From positions 1-35,655 of IMG/VR virus record IMGVR_UViG_3300032253_000022: a DNA stretch of 35,655 nucleotides, one strand, 5' to 3'. The translations under genes and the position numbers were made by a program. This DNA is from a virus (Duplodnaviria; Caudoviricetes). The number at the start of each line of letters is the position of its first letter. The stretch's first letter is position 1. Below, in pieces: positions 7,372 through 16,607 of this stretch. The notes under the pieces were generated by a model, which worked only from the letters and a program-made list of their open reading frames with translations, was not told the origin of the DNA and ran no database searches.

Positions 7372-8701
7372 TTTATCTGATCCACAATTCGAGTTTTTAA
7401 CTTCTGAAAAAAAGCATACTGGGTTTGTCGCTGGGTTTGGTAGTGGGAAAAGCTTTATAGGTACATTAAAGACCTTATTAAAAGTAATTGATACAAACAT
7501 ACCTAAAGTAGCCTACTATTTACCTACCTATGGCGACATTAGAGATATTGCTTTCGATGGCTTTCCTACTGTTTGTGAAATGCTAGGTTATAAATACAAG
7601 CTCAACAAATCAGATAAAGAGTTTACTATCTTTAATGCAAATGGCACTGTAAAAGGTATCGTTATGTTTAGAAATATGAGTGAGCCTGAAAGCATTGTAG
7701 GGTATCAAGTAGGTTATAGCCTAATAGATGAAACAGATATACTCAAACAAGAGATAATGGATAAGGCTTTTAAGAAGATACTAGGACGTAATCGCTTAAT
7801 CGTTCCAGTAGAAGATGAAGAAATCATAGCTGAGTATGCTTTAAATGAGGTTGTGCCTAATGGTGTATATTTTCATAAAAGCAGAAAAATATTGTGTTAT
7901 ATAAATAGCATTGATGTAGCTGGAACTCCTGAGGGCTTTAAATGGTTCTACACTAGATTTGTGAAAAATAGTACAGATAAAGACTTACTTATTAAAGCTT
8001 CTACTTACTCAAACATGGAAAACTTGCCTGATGACTTTATTGAAACACTAGCAGAACAATATCCCCCTGAGCTATTTGAAGCTTATGTAAAAGGTGAGTT
8101 TGTAAATATTGCTAGTGGTGTTGTATATTCCTATTTTAATCGTAAAACCCACCATACAGATAATGAGATCGAGCCAAAAGAGAATTTGTTTATAGGTCAA
8201 GATTTTAACGTGGGCGGTTGTTGTGGTCGTGTAGTGGTTATACGAAAAGGAAAACCAATGCTACTTGATGAATATTGCGTCAATGATACAGAGTCGATTA
8301 TAACCCACTTAAAAAATGCATACTCAGGGCATAGAATTGTTATAACACCTGATGCGAGTAGTGATAGTAATAAAACAAACAGCAGTAAGACAGATTTACA
8401 ATTACTAAAAGATGCAGGGTTTATGATAGATGCACCAAAGGCAAACCCTAGAATTAAAAATAGAGTTAATACAGTTAATAATATGTTCTATCGTAATGAG
8501 TTATTAGTAAACACAAACAAATGCCCTAAGTCAACAGAAGCTTTAGAGCAACAGGCTTACGATAAAAATGGTGATCCTGAAAAGTTTGCAGGTGCTGATA
8601 CAGTAGATGATAGTAACGATGCTTTAGGATACATTATCTATCGTAAATTTGGAATAGACAAACAAAAAGCAAAAACAGTTTCAAGACGAAGTGTGTTATA
8701 A
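7346..8701 (+). CDS. terL: Terminase large subunit
   Basis: Walker A AGFGSGKS, Walker B SLIDE, coupling motif GTPEG, nuclease motifs GQDFN and DDSNDALGY. Confidence 0.95.
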   Translation: MSDAQTEISLSDPQFEFLTSEKKHTGFVAGFGSGKSFIGTLKTLLKVIDTNIPKVAYYLPTYGDIRDIAFDGFPTVCEMLGYKYKLNKSDKEFTIFNANGTVKGIVMFRNMSEPESIVGYQVGYSLIDETDILKQEIMDKAFKKILGRNRLIVPVEDEEIIAEYALNEVVPNGVYFHKSRKILCYINSIDVAGTPEGFKWFYTRFVKNSTDKDLLIKASTYSNMENLPDDFIETLAEQYPPELFEAYVKGEFVNIASGVVYSYFNRKTHHTDNEIEPKENLFIGQDFNVGGCCGRVVVIRKGKPMLLDEYCVNDTESIITHLKNAYSGHRIVITPDASSDSNKTNSSKTDLQLLKDAGFMIDAPKANPRIKNRVNTVNNMFYRNELLVNTNKCPKSTEALEQQAYDKNGDPEKFAGADTVDDSNDALGYIIYRKFGIDKQKAKTVSRRSVL

Positions 8702-8703
8702 TA
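8694..8703 (+). promoter_or_regulatory. Extended -10 promoter (TGTTATAATA) for the portal gene
   Basis: The same 10-mer occurs at 11204 and 15588. Confidence 0.65.
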
Positions 8704-8724
8704 CTAACAAAAAAAAGGCTACTT

Positions 8725-10125
8725 ATGGCAAATTCTAACAGCCCAGCGTTTAAAAGTGCTGCTTATAATGCGAACGTAACTAAAACTACTTTCATGAGAG
8801 ATGTTACTAAGGGAACTAAGCACGTTAACAGTCTTAGAGAAAAGTATTTGCCTAAGTACAATAGAGAAGAAAAAGAGGACTATGACGATAGACTGCTTTA
8901 TAGTGAACTTCTACCATCTACACAAGAAGCGGTTAAATCTATAACAGGTAAGCTATTACTAAAGCCTACAAATGCAGAAGATATACAAGAAGCTTTCGAC
9001 TTAACGAATGTAGATAACGCTGGTACTTCTTTAGAAGCCTTTGAGCATAAACTTACAAATGAAGCTATTACAGATGGAATGAACTTTATCTTAGTAGATT
9101 ATCCAGTAGTTCAAGGAGTCGTAACAGCAGCAGATAAAGCAAGAGTTAATGCCAAGCCATACTTTATTATCATTAAATCTACACAGCTTCTAAACTTTCG
9201 TACTGAAATAATCAACAATCAAACTAAACTATCACAAGTAACTATTCAAATGAGTTCTTTAGTTCCTGATGGTGACTTTGGGGAAAAAGAAGAAGTATCT
9301 TATAAGGTCTACAAAAACGTAGGCGGTGTTGTTACTATTGATACGTGGGGTGATAATAATGGTGAGGTTACTAAGTCAAACGAAACTATCACTATTACGG
9401 GTGTTAATGATATCCCTTTAGTTCCATTTTACACAAACAAAAAAGGTTTCTTTGAAGCTGAAAGCATATTGCAAGAGATGGCAGTTCTTAATATCTCATG
9501 GTATAACCTAAACTCAGCGTTAAAGCGGTCTTTGATTAGATGTTGTGATCCTACACCTGTATTAAAAGGTTCGATACCATCAGATGAGAATGGAAACGAT
9601 GCAGATTTAAGTGTAGGTAGCTCTCAGCTATTTGTTATTGATGAGGAGTCTAGCTTTGAATGGGTAGGTGCAGATGGATCTATTATCCAGCCTACTAAAG
9701 ATGAGATTAAAGATATTGAAACACGTATGAGTAAAATTGCTACTGAGTTGCTTAATAGTGATGCAGAAATGACAGCTACAGAAGCAAATATCAGTAATAC
9801 AGATACACAAGCTAAACTAACTACTATTGCATCTAATAGAGAGAACGCACTCAATAAGGCTTATGAGTTCTATTGTCAGTTTGCAAGTATCGAGCCTAAA
9901 GGTAAATTAGTAGTTAATCGTGATTTTAGTTCTACTAAGCTTACACCACAAGAGGTAGAAAACCTAAGACAAGATTATCTAAATGGTATCATTACCAAAG
10001 AAACATACATCAAAGAAAGACAGCAAGGTGGTGAACTTCTTTCAATAGATGATATTTTGGCAGAAATAACAAAAGCAGAAGATGAACTCACTTTAGATAA
10101 TCAAGAGAATTTCGGTACTGAATAG
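8725..10125 (+). CDS. Portal protein (DUF4055-like)
   Basis: Follows TerL; YLPK...E....Y..RL, ILVDYP, IPLVPF and TATEA motifs. Confidence 0.9.
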   Translation: MANSNSPAFKSAAYNANVTKTTFMRDVTKGTKHVNSLREKYLPKYNREEKEDYDDRLLYSELLPSTQEAVKSITGKLLLKPTNAEDIQEAFDLTNVDNAGTSLEAFEHKLTNEAITDGMNFILVDYPVVQGVVTAADKARVNAKPYFIIIKSTQLLNFRTEIINNQTKLSQVTIQMSSLVPDGDFGEKEEVSYKVYKNVGGVVTIDTWGDNNGEVTKSNETITITGVNDIPLVPFYTNKKGFFEAESILQEMAVLNISWYNLNSALKRSLIRCCDPTPVLKGSIPSDENGNDADLSVGSSQLFVIDEESSFEWVGADGSIIQPTKDEIKDIETRMSKIATELLNSDAEMTATEANISNTDTQAKLTTIASNRENALNKAYEFYCQFASIEPKGKLVVNRDFSSTKLTPQEVENLRQDYLNGIITKETYIKERQQGGELLSIDDILAEITKAEDELTLDNQENFGTE

Positions 10126-11198
10126 TGAAAGATACTTTAGATGAGGTTACTAAGCTACAAACGCTTATAGAACTTTATAAGCCTAAAGCGGTAACAGAGT
10201 TTCAAATGGCTTTAGTTAGAAACTTAGAGCGTATCATAGGTAAAATTTCAATGATGCCTACTGACTTTAGCAGATCAAGACTTAATGCCCTCAAAAAAGA
10301 GATAGCTGATATTATCGTTAAGGGCTATTCACCTTTTATTGATAACTTACTTGATGATAACCTAGAGATGGTAAACATGGCTTATAGTGTTTATGCTGGT
10401 GCTTTATCAGATGATTTTGTATCTATCCCACAATCAGCAGTAAAACGCATATTAGATCCTAAGCGTAACTTATTAGGTCAAACACTTAATGAGGTATCAG
10501 ATGGTCTTAGAGCTAAACAGGTAACTGATTACAAGCGTATAATATCAGATGGTCTTATTCGTGGCTCAGGTGTAGCACCAATCGCTAAAGAGTTAAGAGC
10601 TTATAACGATGGTACTCTAAGAAATCATATAAACTCAATAGTAAATACATCTATGCAAAGCTCAATGCAAGAAGCGTATGTTGAAGCAGCTAAACAAAGT
10701 GATAGTGTAATAAGTTATGCTTTTAGCTCAGGAGTGCTTGACAGTCGCACCAGTCCAATATGCCAAGAGCAGTTAGGAAAAAGCGTTAAGCGTGGTGAAG
10801 ATGAACCATTTAGCACGTTTAGAGATAGAGCCTTAAAGAAGCTTATCGCAACACCAAGACACGTTAATTGTAGAAGTAAGATTATATTCGAGTCAGCAGA
10901 AGCTTTTGCAGAACGCTCAGATGATGTTAAACCTGCAATAGTTGATAGTGATACTAAAACAGTTAAGCATCGTGATGGAACTACAAGCACTAAGAATATA
11001 AATAAGCAAGTGGACTTTTACCCACAAGATATTACTTATGATACGTTCTTTAATAAACAGAGTGCAAAGTTTCAGAGAAGCGTACTAGGTGCTAAAAAGT
11101 ATGATCTATTCAAGCAAGGAAAACTAAAAGTGTCTGAAATAAGAGATATTCGAAGTAATCGCTTTTTGAGTAATAATGAGATTATGGAATTGATTTAA
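10125..11198 (+). CDS. Minor head morphogenesis protein (SPP1 gp7/Mu gpF-like)
   Basis: LDSRTSPIC and PRHVNCRS motifs; follows the portal gene. Confidence 0.85.
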   Translation: MKDTLDEVTKLQTLIELYKPKAVTEFQMALVRNLERIIGKISMMPTDFSRSRLNALKKEIADIIVKGYSPFIDNLLDDNLEMVNMAYSVYAGALSDDFVSIPQSAVKRILDPKRNLLGQTLNEVSDGLRAKQVTDYKRIISDGLIRGSGVAPIAKELRAYNDGTLRNHINSIVNTSMQSSMQEAYVEAAKQSDSVISYAFSSGVLDSRTSPICQEQLGKSVKRGEDEPFSTFRDRALKKLIATPRHVNCRSKIIFESAEAFAERSDDVKPAIVDSDTKTVKHRDGTTSTKNINKQVDFYPQDITYDTFFNKQSAKFQRSVLGAKKYDLFKQGKLKVSEIRDIRSNRFLSNNEIMELI

Positions 11199-11203
11199 TA
11201 TTA

Positions 11204-11259
11204 TGTTATAATATGGTAGATGCTGGATAGTGTCAAAATTAAAACGTAATGGATATTAC
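11204..11259 (+). promoter_or_regulatory. Extended -10 promoter plus two GGAT-loop hairpins in the scaffold 5' leader
   Basis: TGTTATAATA 11204-11213; gatgct-GGAT-agtgtc (11219-11234); gtaat-GGAT-attac (11246-11259). Confidence 0.7.
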
Positions 11260-11260
11260 A

Positions 11261-11995
11261 ATGAAACAAATCGAACTATTACTAGGTATGGACTTACCTG
11301 ATGAAGCGAAAGAGTTGCTTAAAGCTGTTAATGATGGCTATAAGTCTTTAACAGATGCAAATGCTACTATGGTTGATACAATCGCCAGTAAAGAGAATGC
11401 AAACGCAGAATTGATACAGGCACGTAAAGACCTTAAAGCAGAATTGCAAGAGGTTAAAGATAATGGATCTAAGACTGATGATAAATCAGTTCAAGAGAAG
11501 TTAGATGCTCTCAACGCTGAATGGAACGAAAAACATCAAGCGGTTTTGAATGAGCGTGATACTATCAAAACAGATATGCTAAACAAAACAAAGCTTGATG
11601 AGTTCAACAGTTTAAATGTTGCGAGTCTATTACCTAGTGAATGGGATAAGCCACAAGTAGCTATCGCTATGAGTGCTATCGAGTCACAGGTTTTAGGCAA
11701 TGTTACACATGATGAAGCTATGGGCTGGGTGTTTAAAGACAATGGTGTTACTAAGCTTAACCCAGCAACTGGTAAACCTATGACAATCGCTGAGAGATTT
11801 GATGAGGTTAAATCAAGTGGAGCTATCAATATGTTTTTAGCTGATGGTGCAAATAGTGGTGGTGGTACTCCTCCAAACGTGGGAGCTACTCAAACAACTT
11901 CAACAGATAAGCCTTTAAACCCTGCTCAAAAAGCTGAACGCATTAAAGAGATAGGGCATGATGCTTATTTAAAAGAAGCACAACAAAACATTTAA
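11261..11995 (+). CDS. Capsid scaffolding protein (ORF track starts at 11249; ATG 11261 preferred)
   Basis: Coiled-coil N-terminal half, SGGG linker, position directly before the MCP; GGA SD upstream of 11261. Confidence 0.8.
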   Translation: MKQIELLLGMDLPDEAKELLKAVNDGYKSLTDANATMVDTIASKENANAELIQARKDLKAELQEVKDNGSKTDDKSVQEKLDALNAEWNEKHQAVLNERDTIKTDMLNKTKLDEFNSLNVASLLPSEWDKPQVAIAMSAIESQVLGNVTHDEAMGWVFKDNGVTKLNPATGKPMTIAERFDEVKSSGAINMFLADGANSGGGTPPNVGATQTTSTDKPLNPAQKAERIKEIGHDAYLKEAQQNI

Positions 11996-12008
11996 GAGGT
12001 AAAAACTT

Positions 12009-12968
12009 ATGGCATTAAAAATTGATACTGAACTCGTAAAGACTTCAATGACAGAAACACTTATGCAGAACATCGCAAACTTTAACGCTGGTACTGCTGG
12101 TGCAATCGTTTTAAGTTCACATTACATTATGGGTGACTCACAAGATTACTCACAGTTGGCAGAAATTGCTTCACTTGTAGGTCGTAGAGATATCGGAGTA
12201 GATACAGATGCAACAGTTAAAGCTGTTAATAGTGCAGATAGTAAATCTGTTGTATGTTACTTCTCAACAGGTTCTATTGAGTTTAAAAAAGCAGATGAAA
12301 GACGTTATGGATCAGATGCTGGTGCTTTCTCAGTAGCTATTGGTGAACAAATCGCAATCGGTTTCATGAACTATATGTTAAATCGTGGTATTTTCGCTGT
12401 ACGTGCTGCAATCGAAGCAAACAAAGCTACACTTGCTGCTGGTGATGGTACTGCTACTGCTACTTATACATTACTTAACACAGGTTTATCTAAATTTGGT
12501 GATGCATCAGGTTCTATTGTTGCTTGGGTAATGACTGGTAAAGTATTCCATGATATTATCGGTGATGGTCTTGCTAATGTTAAGACTGACAATGTAGCTG
12601 GTGGTATTATCGCAACAGGTACAACTGGTACTTTAGGTCGCCCTGCTTTTGTAACAGATGCTGCTGGTCTTGTAATGAAAGATATTGCAACTGGTCTAGT
12701 TGATACAACTTCTATCTTAGGTCTTACTCCTAACGCTTTAGAAATCGCAGAAACAGAAGCAAGAGAAATCTTTAGCGAAACAGTAGGTGGTAAAGAGAAC
12801 TTAAAAACTCGTATCCAAGCTGAGTCTGATGTTCTTGTAGGTGTTAAAGGTTACACTTATGGTGGTACTGATAACCCTGCTGATGCTGTTCTTGGTGCAT
12901 CTGCTAACTGGACTCAATCAGCAACAGATGCAAAAGCTTCTGCTGGTATCTTAATTAACGTACTTTAG
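12009..12968 (+). CDS. Major capsid protein
   Basis: 319 aa; FNAGTAGAIVL, TLGRPAFVTD, GVKGYT, NP.DA.L....NW; strongly biased codon usage. Confidence 0.9.
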   Translation: MALKIDTELVKTSMTETLMQNIANFNAGTAGAIVLSSHYIMGDSQDYSQLAEIASLVGRRDIGVDTDATVKAVNSADSKSVVCYFSTGSIEFKKADERRYGSDAGAFSVAIGEQIAIGFMNYMLNRGIFAVRAAIEANKATLAAGDGTATATYTLLNTGLSKFGDASGSIVAWVMTGKVFHDIIGDGLANVKTDNVAGGIIATGTTGTLGRPAFVTDAAGLVMKDIATGLVDTTSILGLTPNALEIAETEAREIFSETVGGKENLKTRIQAESDVLVGVKGYTYGGTDNPADAVLGASANWTQSATDAKASAGILINVL

Positions 12969-12979
12969 TACAATACATA

Positions 12980-12998
12980 GCTACTCTTTATGGGTAGC
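12980..12998 (+). terminator. Hairpin after the MCP gene (possible attenuator or processing site)
   Basis: gctactc-tttat-gggtagc; no U-tail. Confidence 0.4.
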
Positions 12999-13018
12999 AT
13001 AATCAAAAAGGAAAACAA

Positions 13019-13237
13019 ATGACAGTAGTTTACGCACATACAAGAGTAAAAGGTTTAGATGGGGTTTATGCTTCTCCAGCTGGTTTTAATGGTGAGGTTA
13101 TTAAAGAAGCTACATTAGTAGTAACTAATGATAGTAAGATTAAAAAAGCTTATGCAGATATTGATGTAACAGTAAAAGATTTTACTGCTGATCAGAAAGC
13201 AATTCTTTTTCCTAAACAAAAAAGCGAAACTAAGTAG
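13019..13237 (+). CDS. Small capsid-associated protein
   Basis: Follows the MCP; SD aagga; codon usage like the MCP. Confidence 0.7.
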   Translation: MTVVYAHTRVKGLDGVYASPAGFNGEVIKEATLVVTNDSKIKKAYADIDVTVKDFTADQKAILFPKQKSETK

Positions 13238-13243
13238 CTTTAT

Positions 13244-13267
13244 AGTGTCATATCTAGGTATGACATT
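13244..13267 (+). terminator. Intergenic stem-loop
   Basis: agtgtcata-tctagg-tatgacatt; no clear U-tail. Confidence 0.5.
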
Positions 13268-13291
13268 ATTAAATCTACAAAAAGGGTTATC

Positions 13292-13438
13292 ATGAAAGAG
13301 TTGGAAAAGTTTTATCTATGGAATAAAGATGGTAAGAAGTATATCGTTACAGTACCGACTGACAGAAAGAAGAAGATTGATAGCGGTGATTTTTTTGAGA
13401 AAGATCCTACTGCATCTAAAAAACAAAAGAGTAAATAA
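13292..13438 (+). CDS. Small basic protein, 48 aa (MKELEKFYLWNKDGKKYIV...)
   Basis: Not in the ORF track; SD aaggg; TAATG overlap with the next gene. Confidence 0.6.
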   Translation: MKELEKFYLWNKDGKKYIVTVPTDRKKKIDSGDFFEKDPTASKKQKSK

Positions 13439-13944
13439 TGGCATTGATTAAGTACAGCGATATAACTAAAACAACTGCTAACAGCTACATAGACGAAACA
13501 GATGCTCTAGCTTTTATCGCTGATATGCCTACAACTACAGATATCACAGCATTTATAGCATCTACTGAAAAAGACCAACTACTTATGAGGGCTACACGTA
13601 GAGTCGATATGTTTATGTATTTAGGTGATGTATCAGACGATACCCAGCTATTAAAATTCCCTAGAACTAGCTTATTTAATGCTAATGGTGCTTTATTACC
13701 TAGTGATGCAATCCCTTTAGAAGTTGAAAAGGCTACTATCGAGATAGCTTTATTTATGCTAGAGAATGATATAAACGCTACTAATGAAAACCTTAACTAT
13801 GATAGTGCTACAGTAGGAAGTGTATCAGTTAAGTTTAAAAGCACTCAGGTAGCAAACCCTCTTAACCTTATGCTTACTCCATACATAAAGGGATACCTAA
13901 AGCCTTTCTTTAAATCTACACGTAAAAGCTTAGGTAAGAACTAA
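13438..13944 (+). CDS. Head-tail adaptor (DnaT-like-annotated family)
   Basis: ANSYI, L.RAT...D, Q.L.FPR, IP.EV..A..E.A, VGSVSV. Confidence 0.8.
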   Translation: MALIKYSDITKTTANSYIDETDALAFIADMPTTTDITAFIASTEKDQLLMRATRRVDMFMYLGDVSDDTQLLKFPRTSLFNANGALLPSDAIPLEVEKATIEIALFMLENDINATNENLNYDSATVGSVSVKFKSTQVANPLNLMLTPYIKGYLKPFFKSTRKSLGKN

Positions 13945-14291
13945 TGGGCTTATCTGTATCATTAAGCGGTGTTGCTAAAGGGCTAATAAATAGCTTTGGC
14001 GATGATGTTATTCTCAGAACTAAAGTTATAGAAGATATCTATGATCGTGTAACTGGTAAGAATAAGGAAACTATTACAGAAGTAAATGTTAAGGGTGTTT
14101 ATCAAGATACAGCAGGTGAAACACAAGATGGTAAAATGACTATACACTCAGGTACACCTATTGACTTACATACTACTATTATTCATAATGGTATGGAACG
14201 AAGAATTATAGATATCGTTAATGTACAAGCTCAGAACAAAATAATGATTTATGAGGTAATAGTTACTACTGATAATAGAGCTTTATCATGA
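13944..14291 (+). CDS. Head closure/head-tail joining protein
   Basis: Position and size; A..LI..FG..V.L pattern. Confidence 0.7.
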   Translation: MGLSVSLSGVAKGLINSFGDDVILRTKVIEDIYDRVTGKNKETITEVNVKGVYQDTAGETQDGKMTIHSGTPIDLHTTIIHNGMERRIIDIVNVQAQNKIMIYEVIVTTDNRALS

Positions 14292-14611
14292 TTAGGTTTA
14301 ATAGACAAACCAAACAACTTCTTGATAAAACAGATCAAATAGTTAAAGAACACGCTGTTAAATTTCATAGAAAGATAGTAGAAGCTTATCCAGTAGACAC
14401 AGGACTAGCTAGGGCTGGTTGGGAAGCACCTAAAAATACTTCTCAGTATGAATGGACTGTAGTTAATAATATAGACTATGCAGGGGTTCTATGGCTTGGT
14501 AGACATGAGGTAGGCGGTAAAGTATACGGATCGTTACAAATGCCAAGAGGTGGTACTCCGATACTCCAAAGTGTAGTAAACGCTATGCAAAAAAAGCTAA
14601 AGGGGTTATAG
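14288..14611 (+). CDS. Neck protein (HK97 gp10-like)
   Basis: PVDTGLARAGW, NN.DYA, GS.Q.P.G. Confidence 0.8.
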   Translation: MIRFNRQTKQLLDKTDQIVKEHAVKFHRKIVEAYPVDTGLARAGWEAPKNTSQYEWTVVNNIDYAGVLWLGRHEVGGKVYGSLQMPRGGTPILQSVVNAMQKKLKGL

Positions 14612-15052
14612 ATGCTTGGATTAAAACAGCTTATCGATGGACACTTTATAGATAATTGGATAGAAACTCCGTTATGGATAGATGGTAATAACTTCAATAA
14701 CCAAACAGATAAGTATATCAAGATTGTACAAACTCCTTTATCAGATGATTTACTTAGTATAGAGGGTACATACAACAGAAAAGAGATGTTAGTAGAAGTC
14801 GCTTCATACGCTGTAACAATCAATGAAGCGATGTACTTAGGCGATCTAGTTACTAAGTCATTAAGAACAGCAACAGACTTTCATGTAAGAACTAATATAA
14901 ATAATTCTGCTATACAGTTAGATGGTAAGTTATATGTAAATAAAACAATAGCCACCTGTTACGTTAATATCGCAGATATCGCAATATTTAACTTGGTAGA
15001 TGGTGCTGGTTTCCAGCTAGTAGACAGCGATAACAATTCATTAATAGGATAA
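14612..15052 (+). CDS. Tail terminator-like protein with C-terminal extension
   Basis: Position after the neck gene; size; extra tail NLVDGAGFQLVDSDNNSLIG. Confidence 0.65.
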   Translation: MLGLKQLIDGHFIDNWIETPLWIDGNNFNNQTDKYIKIVQTPLSDDLLSIEGTYNRKEMLVEVASYAVTINEAMYLGDLVTKSLRTATDFHVRTNINNSAIQLDGKLYVNKTIATCYVNIADIAIFNLVDGAGFQLVDSDNNSLIG

Positions 15053-15056
15053 ACAA

Positions 15057-15584
15057 ATGCCGAATAGAGATTTCCAAGATTATGCAAATAGTGGTGAGCT
15101 TATCAAGCTTAACTTAGGTGGTACTGGTGCAGATAATGAAGTAGTACCAAAGAATGAAACAGGGCTTATGGCTTTCTCAAATAGTGCTGATTTAGTTATA
15201 CCATTAACTACCACTTTCTCAAAGGTAGCATTGTTTGATGTTGTCTTAGTAAATAGTGCTAGAGGTCACATGACTTATGATGATGCAACTAAGCGAATGA
15301 CTCTATTATCAGATGGTGTTTATAAGTTTAGAGCAGATGGAGCTATGGAGTGTGCAAACAACGTAGAGGTTGAATTTACATTTTATAAAAATGGTGTACA
15401 GTTTAACCCAGCAGCAAACCCAGTTTTCGTAGGTCGTGGTGCTGGAAAGCCTGTTAATGTTTCAGCACAAACAGTATTTTCATTTACTGCTGATGACTAT
15501 TTAGAAATATGGGCTAAGATAGGTTCAGCAGGTAATATTACTATGAAATCTAGTAGTATCACTATTGAAAAAACTACATATTAA
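15057..15584 (+). CDS. C1q/TNF-like beta-sandwich virion protein (putative collar/neck fibre)
   Basis: F.....FD....N, DGVYKF, FYKNG, DDYLEIW pattern. Confidence 0.55.
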   Translation: MPNRDFQDYANSGELIKLNLGGTGADNEVVPKNETGLMAFSNSADLVIPLTTTFSKVALFDVVLVNSARGHMTYDDATKRMTLLSDGVYKFRADGAMECANNVEVEFTFYKNGVQFNPAANPVFVGRGAGKPVNVSAQTVFSFTADDYLEIWAKIGSAGNITMKSSSITIEKTTY

Positions 15585-15587
15585 TTA

Positions 15588-15597
15588 TGTTATAATA
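15588..15597 (+). promoter_or_regulatory. Extended -10 promoter (TGTTATAATA) for the tail tube gene
   Basis: attatgttataatat is identical to 11200-11214. Confidence 0.7.
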
Positions 15598-15622
15598 TTG
15601 AATTAAAAAAAAAGGAATTAAT

Positions 15623-16060
15623 ATGGCCGCATCATCGGGGATAAATGCTCAGGGTACTCAGTTTGGAATTAGTGTTGATGGAGTTTCATATACTCCATTA
15701 GGTTGTGTTAAGTCTTGGGATTGGTCTAAGCCATCAAGAGCTGAGATAGATACTACTTGTGTTTTAGATACAGCTAAGTCGTTTAGATTTGGTCTTAAAG
15801 ACAATGGTACAATTAGTGTAGAAACTTTTTACGATCGTGGAGCTGGTATTGTATTAGCAGAAGCTTCTTACTCATCAGATACACCTTACCACTTTCAGGT
15901 AGAATATTCTGATACAGCAGGTGTTTCAGGAACAGTAAAAGAGTTTCAAGGTTATGTAATTAGCATGAGTGAGTCAGGCGGTGTTGACGATGTTGTTAAT
16001 ATGAGCATGGAAATTAGACTAAGTGGTGACATTACAGAAACTGCACCATCAGCAGTATAA
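15623..16060 (+). CDS. Major tail tube protein
   Basis: AQGT, EIDTTC.....K.F..GLKDNG, F.GYV, IRLSG. Confidence 0.85.
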   Translation: MAASSGINAQGTQFGISVDGVSYTPLGCVKSWDWSKPSRAEIDTTCVLDTAKSFRFGLKDNGTISVETFYDRGAGIVLAEASYSSDTPYHFQVEYSDTAGVSGTVKEFQGYVISMSESGGVDDVVNMSMEIRLSGDITETAPSAV

Positions 16061-16332
16061 TGGGTAAGTATTTAGATAAAGATACTGAACTTAAAGAGTT
16101 TAGTATCAGACAAGCAGATGAGGTTCAAGCCTTACTGCTGGGTAATAGTGATGTTATGAATGGTGAAGCATCTGTTAATATTACAGACTTTAAAGCTTCT
16201 ATGTATTTAGCTATTGAATATGGAACTACTAACAAAGAGATCACACGTGATTATATTCAAGACTTACCTGCATCAAAAGCAGATGAGGTTCAAGAGCTTT
16301 ATGATGATGTTATGAAGATTAATGGACAGTAA
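16060..16332 (+). CDS. Tail assembly chaperone (gpG-like)
   Basis: Acidic; lies between the tube and tape measure genes. Confidence 0.65.
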   Translation: MGKYLDKDTELKEFSIRQADEVQALLLGNSDVMNGEASVNITDFKASMYLAIEYGTTNKEITRDYIQDLPASKADEVQELYDDVMKINGQ

Positions 16333-16606
16333 CAGATTATTCAAATTCAAATTAGCAAGTCATTTAGGTATGACTGTTAAAGAGCTAGAAGATCGTATGA
16401 CTATGAATGAGTTTAACGAGTGGCTGGAATATGCTTCTCTTGAACCATTACTACCTGATAGATTAGAGATGATGTTAGCACAAGTCGTTTCTAGTATGGC
16501 AGGTATCCCAGCTTTTGAAGCAATGATATCATTAAGTGATAATGATAAAGAAGCTCAAAGGCAAACAGCTTTAAATAATAAAATCAGAGAGTCAATAGGG
16601 AGTTAA
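16322..16606 (+). CDS. Tail assembly chaperone (gpT-like)
   Basis: F.FKLA..LGMTV.EL..RM...EF.EW..Y..LEP. Confidence 0.75.
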   Translation: MDSNRLFKFKLASHLGMTVKELEDRMTMNEFNEWLEYASLEPLLPDRLEMMLAQVVSSMAGIPAFEAMISLSDNDKEAQRQTALNNKIRESIGS

Positions 16607-16607
16607 C

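Noticed and set aside
7796-7903. Intein in TerL
   Set aside because: Too short, and it lacks a Cys/Ser start and a His-Asn end.
16300-16335. Programmed -1 frameshift between the tail chaperones
   Set aside because: The second ORF is in the +1 frame, has its own ATG and an in-frame stop just upstream (16313-16315), and there is no X XXY YYZ slippery heptamer.
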